Of a stretch of 64,000 nucleotides of DNA, positions 20,563 through 28,211 are shown one piece after another. How positions within the stretch are numbered: position 1 is the first letter of the stretch; each line of letters opens with the position of its first letter. The DNA comes from Planctomycetota bacterium (GTDB lineage Bacteria > Planctomycetota > JBFWNO01). The notes under the pieces were generated by a model, which saw only the letters and a list, made by a program, of their open reading frames with translations, did not search any database and was not told the origin of the DNA. The translations under genes and the position numbers were made by a program. The stretch is taken from the NCBI GenBank assembly GCA_050251015.1, contig JBFWNO010000003.1, forward strand, positions 1,411-65,410, read 5' to 3'.

Positions 20563-22126
20563 CCATTGGTCGTATCATACTCTCAATGAATGCGACTTCG
20601 CTCTTCGTAATGCCATACTTCGAGTACAGTAGATCGTCAGTCCAAGTTCTGCTCCAGGACTGCTGTGGCACCCATGTGTAAGTCGATCGCAGGGCATGCT
20701 GGGTGATTTTTCTCAATGACACGAGAAAACGGAATAGGCGAGTCCGATAGTAGCTACTGAAACTCTGAGCTGACCTCTCGGATTTGAATGGAGCCACAAC
20801 AAGGTATGATTGAGTGCACGCTGATGGGGGCGCGGCTACAATCTCTTTGCCTAGGATTTGATGCGGGAAAGTCTCACCAGCCCCATAAGCTTCGGGCACT
20901 AGAACCTTCCATGTATCGATAGTGTTTGCATTCTTGCGAATGTCTCCACGCTTCATGAAACCGGTTGTTCGCTTGCCCTTACTGATCAGGTGGAGCTCAA
21001 TCTTGCCGCTCCCACCTTTCTCGGTCCAGCCCTCGAAGTTCGTCGCGATACCGAATGGCGTATCACCTGACACGAGCTCAAAGACCGAAGGCTCCTTCTT
21101 GGAGAGAACCTTCCTCAGGATTCCAAGTGCGCGTTCGTCACGAACGAAAACATCAAACTCGCCTAGCTGCCGATTGCGTTGAAAATGTCTTTCACCTCCG
21201 GCCATGCGTGTGACATTACAGGTCCCGTTGTATGCGCCATCCCAAAGGAAGTAGCACACGCCACCCTTGATTTGAACGCCGGGGAAGGCATCGCCAGAAT
21301 CGGGAAAGTCCGTGAGGCTACGGAGATGGCCTTCGCTGAGCATCTGCGCCCTGAACTCATCGAGCCCTCGCCCGCCCGCCATCCATCGCGAAGGCGTGAC
21401 AAAAGAGGCAAACCTCGGTTCAAGTTTGAGTGCCTGCTGGACAAAAAGATGGTAGATCGAGGAGTCGCTCGAACCCCCCGCGCCGCCAGTCATTTGGTAC
21501 GGTGGATTGCCGATGATCACATCGAATTGCATATTACCTCCAAACAACTCGGCTAGCCGAGCCTTTATATCGCTGGTGTGAATGAAAGCGTAGGCATGGG
21601 TTTCAAGTCCCTCCTCACGATCAAAAATCGACCGGGGCGCTCCGCAGTACCCACACTTCGCACCATCCCATGTGTGCTCCATGTGTTTGAACCAAATATT
21701 CCCATCATTGCTGGCAAACGACTTGGCAATGGAGTGCTTACCTTTGGCGTTCTTCGAACAATACACGCTCCGTCGCGCCAGCAGGCTCGTGAGGTGCGTG
21801 ATACCGATGCCGAACACCTGTTTTGTTAGAATGTGATTCACGCGTTCATCAAGGTTGGGTATTGCCTTGGCCAAGCCCTTGGTAAGGCGGCTGGTGATCT
21901 CGCGCAGGAACACGCCTGTCTTCGTACACGGATCAAGAAACTTCACCGTCTTGTCCGCCCATATGTTCGCGCCGCCTTTGTCTGCCGCCCATGCCTCGGC
22001 CAGCGTGTCCAGCATCTGGTTTGCAAATTCCGGTGGCGTGAAAACCTCGTCGTTGGAGAGGTTCGCAATACACGTCAGCACATCCGGGTTGCGGCCACGG
22101 AGCGCAAAGCCAACCTTGGCGTTCAT
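20546..22126 (-). CDS. Eco57I-like N6-adenine DNA methyltransferase with C-terminal target-recognition-like region
   Basis: 526 aa. Motif X EVFTPPEFANQML, degenerate motif I FLDPCTKTGVFL, catalytic motif IV FDVIIGNPPYQM. C-terminal TPSRWMAGGRGLDEFR...GVCYFLWD resembles RM-type methylases. Confidence 0.9.
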   Translation of the reverse strand: MNAKVGFALRGRNPDVLTCIANLSNDEVFTPPEFANQMLDTLAEAWAADKGGANIWADKTVKFLDPCTKTGVFLREITSRLTKGLAKAIPNLDERVNHILTKQVFGIGITHLTSLLARRSVYCSKNAKGKHSIAKSFASNDGNIWFKHMEHTWDGAKCGYCGAPRSIFDREEGLETHAYAFIHTSDIKARLAELFGGNMQFDVIIGNPPYQMTGGAGGSSDSSIYHLFVQQALKLEPRFASFVTPSRWMAGGRGLDEFRAQMLSEGHLRSLTDFPDSGDAFPGVQIKGGVCYFLWDGAYNGTCNVTRMAGGERHFQRNRQLGEFDVFVRDERALGILRKVLSKKEPSVFELVSGDTPFGIATNFEGWTEKGGSGKIELHLISKGKRTTGFMKRGDIRKNANTIDTWKVLVPEAYGAGETFPHQILGKEIVAAPPSACTQSYLVVAPFKSERSAQSFSSYYRTRLFRFLVSLRKITQHALRSTYTWVPQQSWSRTWTDDLLYSKYGITKSEVAFIESMIRPMGEGDE

Positions 22127-22812
22127 TCGGCCACCTTTGTGGTGTCGCCGGACGCGGCGGCGGCCAGCTCACTCACCGACATGGGTGGATAGGTCCTCTC
22201 TGGCGTGAAGATCTTGTGCTTGCCAAGAGGTGCGAAAAGCGGGTGCTGTTCGTTGAAGGACGACATGTGGGTAAGGATATCCAAAAGGAAATCGCGGCGC
22301 TGGAACTTCCCCTTGCCCAGGTAGCCCCACTCGGCAAAAGTGATCGGGCGGTCGTCATGGGTGAGCATCTTTAGCGCGTCACCGTGAACGAGGTTCAGGG
22401 ACAGAACACAGAACGCGGCGCGATAGGTTTCGTCCGACTCATCAACATTCAGGTATTCGGCAAGAATCTTCAGCAGATTCGCACGGCACTCAGCGATGTT
22501 GTCGGTCAATAGCTCAATGCCATAGATGCACATCAGCGCGAGGAGCGCATAGTGCCGCCGCTCGAATTCGGACTTGCCGTACTTGATTTCCACAGCGGCG
22601 AGCTTCCGTTTCAAAATCTTCACAAGAAAGTTGCCACTGCCGCACGCTGGCTCCAGAAATCGGGAATCGATGCGCTCCGTCTCGCCCTTCACCAAGTCGA
22701 GCATCGCTTCGACCATCCACTCCGGGGTGAAGACCTCGCCATGGTCGGAAACGCGTTGCCTGGATTTGACATAATTTTCAGAATGGCGCATGCGGTGACA
22801 TACTTCCATCAT
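22123..22812 (-). CDS. methyltransferase N-terminal half-like protein (SAM-binding motifs X and I, no NPPY)
   Basis: 229 aa. EVFTPEWMVEAML (motif X), canonical FLEPACGSGNFL (motif I), YGIELLTDNIAECRANL. No (N/D)PPY motif anywhere. ATGA overlap (22123-22126) with the downstream full-length MTase. Confidence 0.7.
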   Translation of the reverse strand: MMEVCHRMRHSENYVKSRQRVSDHGEVFTPEWMVEAMLDLVKGETERIDSRFLEPACGSGNFLVKILKRKLAAVEIKYGKSEFERRHYALLALMCIYGIELLTDNIAECRANLLKILAEYLNVDESDETYRAAFCVLSLNLVHGDALKMLTHDDRPITFAEWGYLGKGKFQRRDFLLDILTHMSSFNEQHPLFAPLGKHKIFTPERTYPPMSVSELAAAASGDTTKVAE

Positions 22813-22870
22813 GCATTGCTGGGAAATGCCGGCATGGCGACATTCCTCGTGCTAATGTACCCATTAGACC

Positions 22871-23218
22871 TCAACCATCCTTCTTGAAGTAATACCCGAC
22901 AATAATTCCAGCGAGCACCCCGGTTGTTCCATCACTGATCAGATTCATATAGGCCAGCGTCCCAATACAGGCAAAAGACAAGATCAACATGATCCCATTG
23001 TGCCAGTACTTTGCCTTCCGGGCTTCTGGAGTATTGCCAAATAAATTGGCGGCGTGTTTTAAGAAGGACTCCATGAATGCCTTGACTTCAGCATTGCGCA
23101 TCAACTCCAGCCAAGCCGTGAGATTGTCCGCTGTGGTGGAATTGGTAGTCCGCTCATTTTTTTCGCTAATTGAACGCTGAGCGGATGTTTGATCAGTCTG
23201 CTCTTCTCTGCTCATCAA
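22871..23218 (-). CDS. small membrane protein (two C-terminal TM helices)
   Basis: 115 aa, AT-rich. C-terminus has WHNGIMLILSFACIGTLAYMNLI and GVLAGIIVGYYF. ATGA overlap with the upstream 101-aa gene. Confidence 0.5.
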   Translation of the reverse strand: MMSREEQTDQTSAQRSISEKNERTTNSTTADNLTAWLELMRNAEVKAFMESFLKHAANLFGNTPEARKAKYWHNGIMLILSFACIGTLAYMNLISDGTTGVLAGIIVGYYFKKDG

Positions 23219-23520
23219 ACGCCCCGGGATTTAAGGTCTAGCTCAGCTTCCGCAGGAACTAATATTTCCTCATCACCATCAATTGACCATTCTCTACTAT
23301 GAAGCACCTCACAGGTAACAAGGGACAGATCGTCCCAAGGGAAGTAGGGAACAGGCTTGCCAAATACCATTGGCGCTGCAATTCCAAATCCCATAGATGC
23401 GCGAGCTCTTGCCGACAATTCATCCTCCGCTCGGATAATCACCTCTCCGTAGTGGGTGCTGGCACGCCAGTTGTTATGGTTTTGATTCGATGGTGTAAGT
23501 TTCCAAATCTTCATGGCCAT
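23215..23520 (-). CDS. hypothetical small soluble protein
   Basis: 101-aa ORF translationally coupled (23215-23218) to the small membrane protein. No known motif. Confidence 0.45.
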   Translation of the reverse strand: MAMKIWKLTPSNQNHNNWRASTHYGEVIIRAEDELSARARASMGFGIAAPMVFGKPVPYFPWDDLSLVTCEVLHSREWSIDGDEEILVPAEAELDLKSRGV

Positions 23521-23567
23521 GCGTCTCTACTCCATGTCCCGCGAGCACAACAGTCGGCCCTCACATT

Positions 23568-23933
23568 TTACACCTCAAACTCCAAAAACACACTCACCCC
23601 ATCTAAATTCCCCAACGGCACCCAATTCCCACTCCCCGAGTACCCCGCCACCCCGACAATCCCCCCTGGATTCTTCGTCCCGCCATCCGTGACGAGCTGA
23701 TTGTTGAAGATGATCATGTGGGGCGCACCCCCATTCTGCATCCCCAGATTCACGGGATAGGGCTCAAAGGTTCCATCTGGTGTAGTAGGCGTGGTGTTGG
23801 CGGGGTTGAGGGCTCGCATGAAATTTGGAAAGGAGGAATGACAGACCACAAATTTCCCCTGGAAACTGATGGCAGGACTTAGTGTGTCGGTAATCCCGCT
23901 GGTCCGAAGAGCCACAAACGCCGAGCCAGCCAA
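23568..23933 (-). pseudogene. truncated paralogue (C-terminal about 120 aa) of the prophage tail-fibre-like gene 27054..28211
   Basis: LNPANTTPTTPDGTFEPYPV / GGTKNPGGIVGVAGYSGSGNWVPLG aligns with LNPSNTTPLTPDGTLEPYPV / SGTKKPGNVAGVATYSGSGNWVKLG of the 385-aa protein. The whole N-terminal beta-propeller-like part is missing. Confidence 0.6.
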
Positions 23934-24027
23934 GCCCTTTTTACATCGATGCGCAGCTTCCGGCGCTCACCGCCGAACCCACCGGCGCGCGCCTGATTGA
24001 CTGACACGCAGCAAGATTTATCAACTT

Positions 24028-25182
24028 CTACGTCAGTTCATCCGGATCATGAACGATTACGACTCCGTTGGGCAAGGCGTATCCTTTGCCTTCGAGCGAC
24101 GCTCTCTTGTCCCGAAAACCCCTGAGTGCTCTCAAAATTTCCGCCTTTAGAGAAGAACATGCATTTCCCAATAATGCCTTTCCTATCGGGCCATACAACC
24201 CAATCACGTCACCGAATGGTGTGATACCCAATGGCAATATCGACAACTGCCCCACTTGAGGCAACCGTGTGTTTTCGCCGAGTTCTGAAAATGGCGAGTG
24301 CATCTTTCGTCCAGCAACCAGTTGATCAGCAAGGATGTCATGCCCCATGAACTGAAGTGCTTTCGCGTAGGCGAGACGTATTACCATGTCCGATTCTGGA
24401 TTCTTCTCTTGCCCCCGTGATCCATCTGGGTCCTTGATTATCGTTGTGGTTTCGGATTTGGGATGAATTCCTTGGATACAGAAGTGTGTCCCTATGACAA
24501 CGCGACTACATGAGTTTCTGAGCAGCAGGTTTACTGGCTCGACATTCTGTACTTGCTTCCAACCTTCAGGATCAATTCTTTTCGTGATGCTTTTTTTGGT
24601 CCCGGTTGCGCCTTTGCTCTCAGCAAGTACGGCTTTCCCATCCGCACCTTCACAAAAATAGTCCGGCCTCGCCTCAGAAGTTGCATTGGCAACATATACC
24701 AACTCTCTGCGCTTGATACAGGCATAGGCGTCTGCGATGTGCTCTAGATCGAAGTGCTCGCGAAGGAGATAACATGAGATTCCTGCGGCTACTTCCTCCG
24801 ATGCGACAGCCATAAGCCGTGGATCTTTATCTTGGACACCTTCGTAAAATCGCAAGTCCGGATGTGATCCCGCAAAATCGCCACCATAACGAAACAGAGC
24901 AAACCACGATCTCGGATCCCAGGACGTGGTTGCGAGAGTCGTGGCTATGCCCGTTTCAATAAGCACGCGATGTAGGCTGACCTGGATTCTCCCGTTACTA
25001 GGTAGCGGTCGCTGCAACGCGAACGCTGGCGGCATGACCTCAACGATCCATTCACGCAAATCTGAGGGGCTTGGCGCGAACAGAATAGGGAACGGCGAGA
25101 GGCGGTGTCGTACCCGCCAGAATGGGCACCAGTGCTCAGCCAGTCGGGTATTGCGATTCAATATTGAAGGCGGAATCTTCAA
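24028..25182 (-). CDS. hypothetical protein with PD-(D/E)xK-like core (orphan defence-cassette candidate)
   Basis: 384-aa ORF (TTG start in the track, true start uncertain), AT-richer than the flanks. Candidate nuclease core EARPDYFCEGADGKAVLAESKGATG (PD...ExK). Flanked on both sides by tail-fibre 3' remnants. Confidence 0.55.
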   Translation of the reverse strand: MKIPPSILNRNTRLAEHWCPFWRVRHRLSPFPILFAPSPSDLREWIVEVMPPAFALQRPLPSNGRIQVSLHRVLIETGIATTLATTSWDPRSWFALFRYGGDFAGSHPDLRFYEGVQDKDPRLMAVASEEVAAGISCYLLREHFDLEHIADAYACIKRRELVYVANATSEARPDYFCEGADGKAVLAESKGATGTKKSITKRIDPEGWKQVQNVEPVNLLLRNSCSRVVIGTHFCIQGIHPKSETTTIIKDPDGSRGQEKNPESDMVIRLAYAKALQFMGHDILADQLVAGRKMHSPFSELGENTRLPQVGQLSILPLGITPFGDVIGLYGPIGKALLGNACSSLKAEILRALRGFRDKRASLEGKGYALPNGVVIVHDPDELT

Positions 25183-25259
25183 AATCTACTTGTTTCCTTT
25201 GCTAAAATCTTTCGTGACCATATTTCGACTTGCCCTCAATCGTAGTGATTTAGAGATCC

Positions 25260-25372
25260 TTACACTACAAACTTCACAAACGGTTCCGCCCCATCCAAAC
25301 TCATCAACGATACCCAATTTTCAGCTTCCAGAATAGGCCGCCCCCCCACCGGCGCATGGCCATACCAGATTG
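25260..25372 (-). pseudogene. decayed, frameshifted remnant of the tail-fibre gene 3' end (copy 2)
   Basis: Minus strand reads ...AGGGAAYSGS then, after a 1-nt frame break, NWVSLMSLDGAEPFVKFVV*. This matches VGVAGYSGSGNWVPLGNLDGVSVFLEFEV* of 23568..23933. It begins directly after the Mrr stop codon. Confidence 0.45.
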
Positions 25373-25374
25373 GT

Positions 25375-26418
25375 CTATATCTCCTTGACCTTCGTTGATG
25401 CCTGACCCTCCGGCTCCTCCAGTTCAATCAAGAAAAATGGCCGCTTGACGACCCCGATCTCATGCGCCACAAGGAGCCGCGCCAGTTGCTCCCCATTCAT
25501 CAGCCCCACAGGCACTGCATCAGACCGTTCGGCCTCCCGCTTCGCCCCGGGGCTGAAATCACTCGTCGTGATGATGAGCCCCTGCTCGTGCGTTCCAAGA
25601 CTACCACGCACCTGTTGCACCACTGGGGACTGGACATTGGCCTTCCACTTTTTTGCCTGTATGGCCATGCGGGTGCGGATCGTCCCGCCGACGACGAGAG
25701 TGGCCCGCACATCGATACCCCCATCGCCGCTCTTGCGGTACACCTCGATGTCATCGAAACCCATCTCGGCCAGAAGGCGCCCGATCAGCACTTCGAACTG
25801 GCCCCAGCTCAGCGCCAGCAGACGGGCCAACAGCGCCTTCCTGGCGCGCTGATTCTGCTGATCGATCTCTAAGACCAGACCCTGGCCCATCCATTTACTC
25901 AGCCCAAACATGCCGCGCGCATGTTGCACAAAGAGGGGTCCCTCCCCCTGGCGCTGGGCCCGCTTGCTTGCGGTATAAAGCTGTGCGGCCATGGTTGCAT
26001 CCGGAGTTTTCCCCTGCGTGTCGAGCCAACCCAGTTTGAGAGCCTTGGCAGTGATGTCGCGGAAATGCATTGGCTTTTTGTTGCCGAACTGTTCAAGCAC
26101 CTTTTCAGCCGCCTTGAGGAAGGAATATGTTGTTGCCGACACCTTGGTCTTTGGTTCCACCGGTCGCTTGGATGATGAGGACGGCTTTGCTCCATTTTCA
26201 TGCAGGCCAAAGGTCTGTGAGGCCACAAGCACAAACGGCGACTTGTCACCACTCTTCTTGATGTCTGAGTAAAGCCGGGCACCGACGGTCGCGGCGGGGG
26301 TCTTTCCTTCGCTACGCCAAAGTCCTCCGGCCGTCATACGCTTGGTGATCTCCCTGGCGTGAAGGGGCTCACCGGCTTCCCGGAGGATCTGTACAGCGGC
26401 GGCACGGACATTCATCAT
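25375..26418 (-). CDS. Mrr-family type IV restriction endonuclease with two N-terminal HARE-HTH domains
   Basis: 347 aa. Two HARE-HTH units (GLWRSEGKTPAATVGARLYSDIKK...FVLVASQTFGL; GWLDTQGKTPDATMAAQLYTASKR...FVQHARGMFGL). C-terminal Mrr_cat core: FEVLIGRLLAEMGF...SGDGGIDVRA...MAIQAKKW...GLIITTSDFSPGA. Confidence 0.85.
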   Translation of the reverse strand: MMNVRAAAVQILREAGEPLHAREITKRMTAGGLWRSEGKTPAATVGARLYSDIKKSGDKSPFVLVASQTFGLHENGAKPSSSSKRPVEPKTKVSATTYSFLKAAEKVLEQFGNKKPMHFRDITAKALKLGWLDTQGKTPDATMAAQLYTASKRAQRQGEGPLFVQHARGMFGLSKWMGQGLVLEIDQQNQRARKALLARLLALSWGQFEVLIGRLLAEMGFDDIEVYRKSGDGGIDVRATLVVGGTIRTRMAIQAKKWKANVQSPVVQQVRGSLGTHEQGLIITTSDFSPGAKREAERSDAVPVGLMNGEQLARLLVAHEIGVVKRPFFLIELEEPEGQASTKVKEI

Positions 26419-26528
26419 TTTCCTGCTCCGATTTGCAAAAACACCCGGCAGATCCCTCTGAAAACAACAAGTGATGCCTCAAAGTTTATTACATGTGATC
26501 TGGAGCCACAAGCACCGCCTGCTTGGCA

Positions 26529-26858
26529 TCATGTGGGTGTAAGCTTGGTTAGGAGGCGGCGCAAGGCCAAGGCCGTGGCTTCATGCCTATCCGCCAGGAT
26601 AAGGATGCTGATGGGGGTTGCGGCTTCAATGGAAGGCAGGCCAAAGGGCCTGGTATGCCACTTGCCAGTGCGAGGATGCTTGTAGCGCACATCTACCAGA
26701 TCGCTACCTGCGAAACCTTCTCCAGGGCGACAGCACACCACACTCCCCACAATGTCTTTCGCGCCAAGGTGATAAGGGTTCAAACGGATCAACACCTTGT
26801 CACCCGGGGCGAAGAGGGGTTGGTGTTTTGCGATCCTTTTCTTCTTTTTCCGTGACAT
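26529..26858 (-). CDS. hypothetical small protein upstream of the Mrr gene
   Basis: Start chosen at MSRKKKKR (26858), preceded by AGGAGG. The longer ORF form (to 27023) would read through the fibre-remnant sequence. 109 aa, beta-rich, no known motif. Confidence 0.45.
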   Translation of the reverse strand: MSRKKKKRIAKHQPLFAPGDKVLIRLNPYHLGAKDIVGSVVCCRPGEGFAGSDLVDVRYKHPRTGKWHTRPFGLPSIEAATPISILILADRHEATALALRRLLTKLTPT

Positions 26859-26965
26859 GTCGACCTCCTGTATCGCGCAAGCCTGCGCCCTCACACTAGG
26901 GAGAAAGTTCTGCTCAAAAGCAAGGGAATTCACAGCACGATGGCGCCGCATTTCAGGTCGCACAT

Positions 26966-27053
26966 TCATATTGAAAACTCCACAAACGGCCCCGCCGCAT
27001 CCAGAATCTCCAATGTCGGCCAAACACGATCATCCCGATTGAAACACCCATCT
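26966..27053 (-). pseudogene. short remnant of the tail-fibre gene 3' end (copy 3), immediately downstream of the intact gene
   Basis: Minus strand 27022..26966 reads WPTLEILDAAGPFVEFSI*, alignable with W(V)PLGNLDGVSVFLEFEV* (23568 copy) and WVSLMSLDGAEPFVKFVV* (25260 copy). DNA repeat core: aaact(y)cacaaacgg..ccgcc.catcca. Confidence 0.45.
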
Positions 27054-28211
27054 TCACGGCACCACCAAAAACCTATTCGCAAATGTGATCGTTGGGGCCC
27101 CCAATTTCACCCAATTACCCGACCCCGAGTAGGTCGCCACACCCGCCACATTCCCGGGCTTTTTGGTGCCCGAGTCTGCCACAAGGTTTCCCTGATACAG
27201 GGCAATTTGCTCGGCCAGATACCCCGAGGACCCCCCGACACCCGTGTAAACAGGATAGGGCTCCAGGGTGCCATCAGGCGTGAGCGGCGTGGTGTTCGAT
27301 GGATTGAGCTTCTTGAGGCCATCGGGCAAGGCAATCATTTTGACGATGAGACTTCCCTGAAACTCCACCGCTGATGTGGGCCAGCTCGATGAACCCGCTG
27401 GTGTGATGCGCACCCGCAGGGGAGACACTGAGAGCCCGGCAATTTTTCCCAGGAAGAATCCGGGAGAGTTGAATATGGGATTGCCCACCGCGAGGAGATT
27501 GCCTTGATAGGTGCCGAAGGAATAGACCTCTGCTGATGAGCTGGGAGCCGGGGTGTAGGTGCACTGCGACCAGCTACTACCCCCATCGTATCGAGCCAGC
27601 AGGGCTTGGTTGATGCGGGTGCGGCCACCGACATAAAGACTGCCGCCGTGGATCGCGAAGGCGTTGATGCGCTTTGAGTCCCCTCCAGGAAGCACGATGG
27701 GAGTGCCCACACTGACAAAGGATGATCCATCCCAGGCGATCATGTTGCCGAGACTGGTGAGAGGGCCAGCCTGGGTGAAAGACCCGGCAATGAAAAGGAG
27801 CCCGGCGTGAGCCTTGAGCGCATAGCAGGTGGCGTTGAGGCCAGTGCCCAGGGCGGACCAGGTGTTGGTGATGAGGTCGAATCTTGCGATCCTCGAGGCG
27901 GAGACGAAACCGTTGGGACCGACGACACTGAAGTTTCCGCCGATGTAGAGGGCGTTCTGGAAAATTTCCATGGCGTAGATCGATCCGTTGATCTCGTTGA
28001 TGGAGTTGCCCGTTGTCCCCACGCGGTTCCACTGCGACCCATCAAAGCGCGCTAGGCGCGATTGGAATGAGGGGTTGCCTTCAAGGTTAAAAAAAGTGCC
28101 GGAGGCGAGAAGATTTCCAGACAAGCTGTCGCCACCTTCCAGGCCACGCGCCCCGAGAGCGCTTTCAAGAAAGACCCCGAGCTTGGAGCCATGGAATGAA
28201 TCGAAACTCAT
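27054..28211 (-). CDS. tail fibre / receptor-binding protein with beta-propeller-like repeats
   Basis: 385 aa, last gene of the tail module. Repeats of the type LARFDGSQWNRVG, IARFDLITNTWSALGTG, MIAWDGSSFVSVGT, LARYDGGSSWSQ with LYIGGNF/LYVGG. ATGA overlap with the upstream tail gene. Confidence 0.65.
   Translation of the reverse strand: MSFDSFHGSKLGVFLESALGARGLEGGDSLSGNLLASGTFFNLEGNPSFQSRLARFDGSQWNRVGTTGNSINEINGSIYAMEIFQNALYIGGNFSVVGPNGFVSASRIARFDLITNTWSALGTGLNATCYALKAHAGLLFIAGSFTQAGPLTSLGNMIAWDGSSFVSVGTPIVLPGGDSKRINAFAIHGGSLYVGGRTRINQALLARYDGGSSWSQCTYTPAPSSSAEVYSFGTYQGNLLAVGNPIFNSPGFFLGKIAGLSVSPLRVRITPAGSSSWPTSAVEFQGSLIVKMIALPDGLKKLNPSNTTPLTPDGTLEPYPVYTGVGGSSGYLAEQIALYQGNLVADSGTKKPGNVAGVATYSGSGNWVKLGAPTITFANRFLVVP

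Noticed and set aside
9000-27053. Displaced tRNA-Asp 3' fragment (attL) marking the left end of the prophage or island
   Set aside because: Visual inspection of the candidate junctions (9000-9114, 10064-10075, 23934-24027, 27024-27053) found no match to gaagggactcgaaccctcgacc or its complement. The boundary is therefore left undefined. A computed search could still find a short core.
23568-28211. Diversity-generating retroelement or invertible-segment (shufflon/Gin-type) explanation for the multiple tail-fibre C-terminal copies
   Set aside because: There is no reverse transcriptase and no template/variable repeat pair with adenine-specific differences. All copies are in the same orientation, so they are not invertible, and two of them are short and frameshifted. 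Recombination or decay scars fit better.
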